Origin: the human T2T-CHM13v2.0 reference genome, Homo sapiens
DNA length: 64,000 bases
Reading direction: 5' to 3' (one strand)
NCBI RefSeq assembly: GCF_009914755.1
Contig: NC_060935.1
Shown here piece after piece: positions 50,755-64,000 of this stretch. Each line of letters begins with the position of its first letter. Within the stretch, counting starts at the first letter, position 1. Made by a program: the position numbers and the translations under genes. The notes under the pieces are model-generated. The model worked only from the letters and a program-made list of their open reading frames with translations, was not told where the DNA came from and ran no database searches.

Positions 50755-51829
50755 AGCCCCTAGCATGGTGCCTGGCACATGGTAGGCCCTCAAAAGATGA
50801 CCCTCCAAAGTGGCCAGGACTCACCATGCATTCAGGGAATATGGATTCTTTTGGTGGCAGCAGGCTGCATTTTTGCCTGGCTGAATGCCTGCAAGCATGG
50901 GAACTTTTGATGCAACAGTAATCCTTGGGGTCTGAAAGGCCCCAAATCTCCCGCCAGATCTCTGAGGTTAACATCCAGTCAACCTTTTGCTTTTCATTCT
51001 TGGCCTCTTTCCTCCTCACCTCCACCAGTGTGACAGTCATATCCTCTCTATGTTTCTGGTAAGTTCTGGCCTTGAGGGCTGGTCTTATGACTGACAAGTG
51101 AAGAGCAGTGCCACCCTCTACTCCACATTCTCAGAAGCGTCTCTAGGTTCCATACTTTAAGGCAGGCTAGCTTCCAAGGCATACTGACAGACATCCCTGT
51201 GCAGTCCTGGGGGCACGAGGGTCCCATTCCACCCTGGGGCTTCAGGGTCAGGTGAGGAAGGTAGATCCCTGAAGTTGGGTCCAGAAAAGGCCACTGGGCT
51301 AGCCTGTCTCTCGTTCTGGTCACTGACCTCAGGATCCAGCAGGACGCTGCTAGCTTGCTTGGCTCAGCTCTGCGAGTGCTGGGAGCAATAAGCAGTGCTG
51401 AAAACGCGATGCATTTCAACCCAAAGCACTCTGATCCCTTTCCAGGCTTTGGGAGAATGTTTTTTCCAGCTCGGTTACTTGCTGGCATGCATAGGTCAAT
51501 ATACAAGGTGTTCTCAGAGAAGCCGGAGCTGAATGTTGACTTTTGTGCTCCCTGGGGTGTGTTCTGGGGAGGAAGTGGGTTTTCAGGTTGTGGTGCGTGT
51601 AGGATGTGGTCTGGGATGATTAGTATCACACACTGTGGATAAAGTTAACACGCATTGTGGAGCTTTTTTCCTCTTTTGTACTTTTGGGCGAAGGTGCCTC
51701 AAAAGCAGCTTTGTTTATCAAGGAGGTGCCCTTGATTCTGTATGCATTTTTAACATCTGAATAGAAGTTAGACGCACACATAATTGCTTTACTTGATGCA
51801 GTAAATACGTTTCAGCCAGATAATCCATA

Positions 51830-52035
51830 AGACCCTAGTTCAGATCCTGACTTTGATCCCTCTTAGTTGTGTGAGCTCTCACCAGTTTACTTGACCTCAC
51901 TCTCTGAGCGTCAGATTCCTGAGTGTAAAATAGGTACAAAAACTCAGATTGTTGTAAGGTTTCAGTGAGTTGTTGCGTGTAAAGCATTTAGTATACAGTT
52001 CTTGTCACAATGTTTAGTAATGGCAGCTATTATCT
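51830..52035 (+). mobile_element. MIR
   Basis: ctctgagcgtcagattcctgagtgtaaaatagg...gttgtaaggtttcagtgagttgttgcgtgtaaagcatttag. Confidence 0.7.
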
Positions 52036-52069
52036 TAACTATTAGAGCGGCAGTTTGGCGTGGCACTAA

Positions 52070-52570
<501 letters not shown>

Positions 52571-53381
52571 ATATGAAAAGAGCAGGGACTTTAGAGTCAG
52601 AAGACCTGGGTGGCACGCTTGCATGCCGTGTCCTGGTGGTGTGGCCTACCGCAGAGTGACTGACTCTGATTGCCTTCCCAACTGTAAAATGGTGCTAATG
52701 ATACAGACCGCCCCCCATTGCCTGGTGTGGTGCGCGGCTGTGAGTGCTTAATAATAGGTGCTTAGGCATCATTTGCTAATTAACTGACTGTGTTAGGTTA
52801 TTAGGAAGTTCCAGTGGGCTAATAAAAGCTCTGGGTAAACGTTAGTTGTTCTTTTAAATGTCCTGAGGTGCTTATGATTGGAGTTTAAACAGCACACCTG
52901 TTTTTCAGATTTCGGAACCACTTAAGAGAGGCACAGTGTAAAGAAGGTGGAGATGAGAATATCACCTTTACTCCTGATACAGTCTTGGAGAATGCAGCTT
53001 AGTTGTGGGGCAGCATTAGCTTTCTGATATGAAGCTGAGATTAGGTGGATGTACCAGGCCAGTCACGGGCAGCCTTGGGTACCCAGAGGCCTTCTCACGT
53101 GGGTCGAGGCAGGTGGTGGAGGTGGTGGCAGCGGTAGCCCCCATAATACTTCTAGGTGGAAGAACAGACCACCTGAGTGAGAGAAATCACTCCTGAGCCC
53201 TGGGGGAGAACTGTGTGGAGGGGCAGATGGGAGCCTGGAGTTTTGAGGGAAAAAAAACTTTCCTTTTGGAAGCCAGACGTAGGGAAGAAGCATATTGATC
53301 ACAATGACTATTAAAGAAAGCTCCCCAACACCCCAGCAAAACACCCACAAAACAAGAAACTACTTCTGCCAATGGTTCTAG

Positions 53382-55115
<1,734 letters not shown>

Positions 55116-56367
55116 AATATGGTCCTGTAACAAATACTGAAGGTTGTGCTCTGTGCACCTGGGATAGAGCAGGAGCAAGACACATCATTCCTGCCCTCAC
55201 AGGGTTATGGTCTCCTAGGTGACAAGGTAGTGCACACTTCCATAGGTCTTACTCTGGGACAAGTACTGTGCCAAATGCTTCCTCCCAGCCGCCTGATGAG
55301 GTAGCTACTGTTAGTTATCAAGTCTGATTTACAGGTGAGGCAAAGAAAGGATAAGTAATTGACCCAAGGTCACACCTAGCAGGTGGTGAAGCTGAGCCAT
55401 GGGTCTTGGCTTCAAGAATCTGTGCTCTTACCCACCATACCTGCTGCTGCCGGATTCAAACCCGAATTGCATTAAGGAATCATCATAACCTGTTTGATTG
55501 AAGCTATAAGGGAACTTTGAGCATGGTGAATGGGGCGCTCTATGGAAAAGGGGTTCTGGGAAGCCTCTGTGGAAGGGAGGTTTTGTTAAGTGAACTCCCC
55601 TGGTAAACGGAGTGATTGGCCCCCAATTAGCTTGCTGTTCGGATTAACTGTAATACATCACACTTTCGAAAGTGAAGATATGCCTATTTTTTCCCCTCTA
55701 GGTCTATAAAGTAGATTTTTGCCATTAGTAAAATTTAAAGTGATTGGGGGCTATGGTTACTGAGAATTCAAGAGGTAGATTGACGAAATAATATTTGAAT
55801 GCAATTTTATTTTTTGAAAAATGTTTTCGAGATGTCCTGTTTTTAGCCAGGAAGCAAACTCCAGGAAAACTCTCTTTTCCATTAAAGTGTGGATGGTGTA
55901 CTGTAAACAAAGACTAGCTCTCTTGAGCTGCCACGTTTCTATAACTTATAGAAACAGAAGCTGTTTTTTTTTTCTAAAGATCCAAACTCATGTTGCCACA
56001 CAAACAACAAAATAAACCAGTGTGTTCCAAAAACAAGCATTTGCTCTACCCACACGCACAGTTGGAAAGATGCAGGTTTGATTGAAGAAGTCGGAAGCCA
56101 GTGAGGTAATGGCAGATTCTTTTAGGGGCTCCTGTTAATTTTAGTAAGCTTGGAAGAAGCTTCTAGGTTGTTTAGTGTTTCTATTAGAACCATCACCTCA
56201 ACGAATTTGTTATTGTAGAGATTGATTAGGGGATCTGCTTCCTTTGAGCAGCCAGGATCCCCCAGCTCCAGCTTCTAGCCTGCTTTTCTTCCTCATCTCT
56301 ACTCTTTCAGAATAATGCATGGCTTTCAAGTCCTGTGTGATAGGTGGCTTCTTAGCGGGCCTCTGAA

Positions 56368-56834
<467 letters not shown>

Positions 56835-57455
56835 TAACACAAGCCTGCTTCTCAGTTTCACGCACACATAGGAGTGGCCACCTGACCCTGTGTTGGCAAA
56901 TGATTGCAGGCTGTTGTCACCGGTGGGGCTCCTGGAAAAGCCCTCTATGGGGGATTGACTCTGGCATGACTGGGGTGTGGATGCTGTGCTCAGAGGTGCT
57001 GCAGTAATGGTTCTGCTGCTGCTGATAGTAACACAGGCAGTGCTGTGTCATGCACAGTAATCCTGTAAGGGAGATACTATCATGATCTCTGTTCGGTGGA
57101 TGAGGAAACAGTCTGAGGAAAGGCACCTGACCTGTTCAGGCCACACACTAAGTACAGAGCTGGGATCCTGGCACCAGCATTTGCTCTCACCACCTCTCTG
57201 TTATGTACCTCTCACACAGGTGCGAGTCCCACCCCAGAGGGGCCTTGAGAGGCTGCAAGTGTCCTGGGTGGGCTGCCTGCTTCAGGAGGACTTATTATTG
57301 GGGAAAAATACCCCCCCTACTTATTACTAAGGGCCGAATGCTTTATGTTCACACAACAACTCCATGTTGTGTGACTTTGGACATGTTCCTTAACTTTCTT
57401 TATCTTGGTCTTCTCATCTCTGTAAAATTGGGATCATAATGGCACCAACTTATAG

Positions 57456-57744
57456 TTTTTTTTTTTTTTTTATTTCTTTTGAGTCAGGATCTCACCCTGT
57501 TGCCCAGACTGGAGTGCAGTGGTGTGATCTTGGCTCAGCCCTTGGGCTCAAACGATCCCCCCACCTCAGCCTCCTGAGTAGCTAGGACTACAGACATACA
57601 CCACCATGCCTGGCTAATTTTTTTTTTTTTTGGTGGGTTTTGCTATGTTTCCCAGGCTGGTTTCTAACTCCTGGACTCAAGTGATCTGCCTGCCTCGGCC
57701 TCACAAAGTGCTGGGACTACAGGCATGAACTACCATGCCCGGCC
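57456..57744 (-). mobile_element. Alu (AluJ)
   Basis: Diverged reverse Alu inside a MIR. Confidence 0.9.
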
Positions 57745-57777
57745 AAACTTCTAGGTTTCTTAAAAAAGTGCCTGGCA

Positions 57778-58123
<346 letters not shown>

Positions 58124-58578
58124 TCATTATCAACAACATTGGCAGGTAATTGAGCAACTGTTTGTCTCCTTGTCAATGTGGAGATAGAAAATTGCCTACG
58201 AGGTTGGACAAGGTGCTGGAGCAGCGTCAAGGAAGAGAGATCGAACAAGAAGACTGCTTTGCCCTTGGACAGCTTTGTTTCTGAAGCACTTTCTCATATT
58301 CTCCCATTTAATCATCCCCTCCCTGCCAACTTTTCCAACAGGTGCATACTTAGGTAGAGCTATTCTTTATCAGCCTGGGGCTAAGATTTGTTCCTGGGCA
58401 GGTTATCTTTGTCTCTGCCTGGATAGAGGCAGGGGCAGTAGAGTTGTCATGCATTCCAGACTACTAGCTATGCAGAAGCAGGAGCAAGGTAAGAGCAGAT
58501 TTGTATGAATGAGGGTGTCAGGGAATATCTTAGATGTCCATTTAGTTGTTAAAAAAGAGAACTGATGCCTATATTTCA

Positions 58579-59068
<490 letters not shown>

Positions 59069-59462
59069 TCATTAAAAATTCTGGTTTTCACATATATGGG
59101 CAGTGTCCCAACAGGCTGCTGGGGGGTGGCCGTTTGTGATGGCCTCACCAGTCTTTCCCAGAGAGGGAAGTGCACATTTTTAGGCTACTTTTGCTCTGAC
59201 TGATACACTTGGCTGCCTAACAAAAAGCCAGAGAAGAACTAAGATTTTTAGCATCATTCAAAATGCTTGCCATTCCTTTTGCTTTGTGAAATCATGAGCT
59301 AGTTATTTTGAGTTCACATAAAGGTCAGAACTTGATCTGGGGAAGGAGGTTCCCCTTGGTTTATGTGAGGGGAACTTTTTCGCCCTTCTGTTTATTTTAT
59401 CCAAAGGCTTCTGTTTTTCTCCCAAGCTAAAATCTGGCATTTGTTGTAGAAAGTTCTCAGCT

Positions 59463-59464
<2 letters not shown>

Positions 59465-59493
<29 letters not shown>
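59465..59493. repeat. (TG)n microsatellite
   Basis: ~14 perfect units. Confidence 0.95.
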
Positions 59494-59496
<3 letters not shown>

Positions 59497-60147
59497 TAAA
59501 AAGAGCTCATATTTTGGCTTTAGTTTTGATTCTCAGTGATTTTTTTTTTCTGCCTGAGAGTTGATTTTCTGCTTCTTCAAAGTCCAGCTCTCAAGTGGGT
59601 GCCTAAAGTTGTTTCGTTTTAGAGGTGACTTAATCATTTTTTAGGCCTTTAAGTGCTGCTCCCAGCTTGTGTTTCCTTCTGTTTTTAGTTTTTATGTGGG
59701 GCAGGGTCTCCAAAGTACACGGGCTCTTTTCCCCACCCCTCTACCCTCATTTTAACTGTGCATCAAATGGGTCCTGTTTCTTCTTCATGTATAATTTTGT
59801 GAGTCAGGGAAGGTGGTGAAGGCCCTTGAACCCTGGCTTTGTCATGGCCCTTCCTTAAGGACCTGAAGGTCTCTTCTCCTAAGGGCTAGGTTGGTTCAGA
59901 AAGTGAGAAGGGCTGGACCTTTTGTGGGGAGAGGATACAGCAGGGTCCGAACAGCTGGGCTGACACCGGGCAGCAGCCCAGCAGCAGTCGGAGCTGCAGG
60001 GTCAGCTCACCATGGGCTGAACTTGGGCATTGCCTGTTTAGGCAGAGTCTGCCCGAGCCTTTCCTGCTCCCTGAGAATCCTCAGCATGTTTTCCTGCTGA
60101 GCAAGGAGTGAGGAATGAAGCCCACTACGAAGCCCGAGCTGCAAATG

Positions 60148-60467
60148 TATTTATTTATTTATTTATTTAGAGACAGAGTCTTACTCTGTCGCCCAGGCTA
60201 GAGTGCAGTGGTGAGATCTCAGTTCACTGCAACCACCGCCTCCTGGGTTCAAGCAATTCTCCTGCCTCAGCCTCCTGAGTAGCTGGGATTACAGGCGCCC
60301 ACCACGGGCCCGAGAACTGAGTCTCGCCCATCTAATTTTTGTATTTTTAGTAGAGACAGGGTTTTGCCATGTTGGTCAGGATGGTCTCGAACTCCTGACC
60401 TCAGGTGATTCACCCACCTTGACCTTCCAAAGTGCTAGGATTACAGGCGTGAGCCACTGCGCCCGGC
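60148..60467 (-). mobile_element. Alu (AluS) with ~19-nt foreign insert
   Basis: Reverse Alu; TSD gagctgcaaat. Confidence 0.95.
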
Positions 60468-60472
60468 TCTGA

Positions 60473-60892
<420 letters not shown>

Positions 60893-61199
60893 TAAGCCCG
60901 CTCAGTGTGTGTCATTCCTGGGAGGCGGTGGCTCTCCCAGGACCCCATGCCGAAATCTGCCTTCTTCTTGTCTTCATTCCCCCACCTGGGGTACCCCTCA
61001 GTGTTTTCCCATTACACAGATTCACGTTTACATGTTCTAGAAACATCTGTAAGTCTTTTTCCTGTTTGTAAATTGTATATCCTCTGTTAGATTAAAAAAC
61101 TTTTAAAAGTAAGTGTCTTTCTCTGTGGTGACCTATTTGTGTGGCATAGTATAGGTTACAAAGCCCTTTTCATGCATTGTTTTACTTATAAGTAATGTT

Positions 61200-61450
61200 T
61201 ATAGATGATACCGAGGTAGACCCTATGGGGTGCTTACTATGCCAGGTCTGTTCTAAGAATGTTATACACATTACCTTACTAACCCACCCCAACCATCCAT
61301 TGTGTTATTGTCACCCCTGTTACAGGGTGGAGAGAAGAAGGCAGAGAGAAGTGGAATGACACTCCTGAGGCTAGGCATTTGCCAAGTGAGGTCTGGGATT
61401 TGAACCCAGGCAGCTGAACTTCAGAATCCTGGTGTTTAACCACTATACCA
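61200..61450 (-). mobile_element. MIR
   Basis: gtgcttactatgccagg...ctgggatttgaacccaggcag...ttaaccactatacc. Confidence 0.75.
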
Positions 61451-61547
61451 TGCTGGCCTTCATGTTATTGAGCAGGATAAGGAATTGTCACTCTTGACTT
61501 GTTTTTGAAACATGAAAACCCTTCTCTTAAATTCAAAAGTAATACAT

Positions 61548-61718
61548 AGCTGGGCACGGTGGTGTGCACCTGTAGTCCCAGCTACTTAGGAGGCTGGGGA
61601 AGAGGATAGTTTGAGTCCAGAAATTTGAGACTGCAGTGAGCTCTATAGTCATGCCACTGCACTCTAGCCTGGGTGGCAGAGTGAGACCCTGTCAAAACAA
61701 AGCAATAACAAAAAAAAC
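61548..61718 (+). mobile_element. Alu right monomer (FRAM/AluJ arm)
   Basis: Single arm; TSD aaagtaat. Confidence 0.88.
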
Positions 61719-62050
61719 CAAAGTAATGCGTATTGCAGCAAGTACTTAAATAATGTAGATGCATAAAAGCAAAAAGTGAGAATCCCCACTCCTCCTCCAG
61801 TGCTCTGAGATAGACTGAAGTAACTCTTCAGGGATGAGTGTAAACACAAGGGATGTCCTCGAAGACTTTCCACTTGGAAAGCTTGTGTATTTTATACATT
61901 AAGTATCATAAATATGTAGTTACCCTAATGGGTCCCCGCCATTGCTCTGCAGGCAGTGGGCTGAGGTTCAGGAGTTAAGTCAGCCCCAGGGCACAGGGTG
62001 GTGCAACAGAAGAGCCTGAGTCGAATCCAGATCTCCCCTCTCCACTGTGA

Positions 62051-62551
<501 letters not shown>

Positions 62552-63819
62552 TGAAAAAGGGAATTAACTTTGGACACAGACAGAATAATGCAAATCTTCA
62601 GTTTTGGTTTAGAAAATCTGAAACCTGCAGTGGGGAATACAGAAAAGAAGGAAGTAGAAGGAGTCTGTCCCCAACCCCGCCCCTTCCTTTTTTCTCTCCT
62701 CTGGAGAGAGAAGGGATTAGGAGGCCTCCTGGAAAGGAGTCCCTTTCCTGTGATCAAACTCACCCCTTCCCTCCACCAGAGCAATTACAGAGCCTCCGGC
62801 CTGGAACCTTCCTCACCGGCCTGGAGGAGACACCATTCTGCGGACAATGGGGGGAAGGAAAGGAAAGCAATGCCGCTGCCAATGGTGCGGATGACTTCCT
62901 CAATGCCAGACTTGCTTGCACTTTCAAAGTCCCTCCTCGGAGGTCCCCTGGTAGGACCTGGAGATAGGATGTGCTTTCACTCTTTACAGACTATTGTCCA
63001 GGAAAGAAAGTTTCAGACTTTCTTAGGCAGGGAAGGGCCCTCTGACTGTGAATTTATTTGGAAATTTGAAAGAGAAGAGAGTCTTATCCTAGGAAGTGTT
63101 CTTTTTCTTTCCCCCTGGATTTGACAGGCCAGGCAACAGCAATTATCCAAACCACTGCTCTGCACCAAGAGGCAAACCACAGGAAAAAGAAACCCGAACA
63201 AGCAAGGAGAATAGAAGTTCCCCAAAGCATGCCTTCTTGTTTTTCTCAGAGGACAGTCTTTTCATTCATGTTTTACAGATTGGTCCAACAAGTGCAGTTC
63301 TTCTAGTCTCCTATCTAGATAAGCAGGATATTAGAAGGAATAGGAGAGGCCTGCAAAAAGCTATGATAGGGTGGAAATAGGATAGGAGAAACTGAAAAAA
63401 GGGGAGGCGTGCGCTCCAACACCTCCATAGCCCTTGGGGACGGGCTTAGTTTCTAATGAGAATACAGAAGGCCCATGTCTCAATAGGCCCCGAAAAATAT
63501 TAATCCAGCCCAATATGAACAGTCTGCTAATTATATGACTGGGCCTGCTTAGGAGATCAGGGCAATATTACATTCAGAGTACTCAGTTTAGGAAGATGAC
63601 ACAGTGTAATACATACAGATTTCCATCATTTCTTTTATTCCTCATTTGGAGAGGCAACAGGGCTGAGATAGACATGTTAGCGATGGCTAGATTGATTGAT
63701 TTATTGACTGAATGAATGGCCTGCTTTAGGCAGCGGGAACACTGAATGAACATTTTAAAATCAGCTGGTATAGGTCAGGAACTGTGCAGGTTGCTGGGAA
63801 TGGGTAGATGAAAAGACAT

Positions 63820-64000
63820 TGCTATGGTTTGGCTGTGTCCCCACCTAAATTTCACCTTGAATTGTAATCCCCATGTTTCAAGGGTGGGACCAGGTGGAGA
63901 TAATTGAATGGGGGGGTGGTTTCTCCCATACTATTCTGGTGGTAGTGAATAAGTCTCACGAGAGCTGATGGTTTTATAAATGGGAGTTCCCCTGCACAAG
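63820..64000 (+). mobile_element. THE1 (THE1C-like) ERVL-MaLR LTR, runs off window end
   Basis: tgctatggtttggctgtgtcccc...ggtggagataattgaat...gtgaataagtctcacgaga...gatggttttataaatgggagttcccctgcacaag. Confidence 0.9.

Noticed and set aside
51048-51629. Longest ORFs (193 aa here; also 21060-21614, 39599-40135, 62570-63124, 11629-12150)
   Set aside because: No recognisable homology or domain, several lack an ATG start, and one overlaps L2; lengths are compatible with chance in 64 kb over six frames.
53063-53350. Proline-rich minus-strand ORF, possible processed pseudogene
   Set aside because: No parent gene recognised, no poly(A) or TSD; the prolines come from a short GGT repeat.

Overview
Primate (most likely human) non-coding genomic DNA with no credible protein-coding exon, RNA gene, CpG island or CRISPR array. 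By eye there are about 53 Alu elements or monomers, roughly a quarter of the window, spanning J, S and Y ages. They sit on a background of old MIR, L2, L1M/L1PB fragments, hAT DNA-transposon remnants (MER20, MER102) and MaLR LTRs (MLT1, THE1). The ORFs in the track read as Alu-, repeat- or chance-derived. The + strand looks G/T-rich and every recognisable L1 fragment is antisense, which suggests a large intron of a + strand gene that I cannot name. I found no new biological system. The most unusual signals are evolutionary scars. (1) An 87-bp, 86/87-identical copy of one Alu's unique 5' flank lies inside the head of another Alu 7.4 kb away. (2) An older, similar copy of an Alu 5' flank lies 7.9 kb from its source. 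(3) A 26-nt locally templated insert sits inside a ~500-bp TA-rich expanded Alu tail. (4) A poly(A)-tailed, TSD-flanked LTR8-like 3' fragment, apparently an L1-made retrocopy of an ERV transcript, was later hit by two Alus. Repeat family names come from recalled consensus sequences, and boundaries are approximate (about +/-10-20 bp for Alus, more for old repeats).
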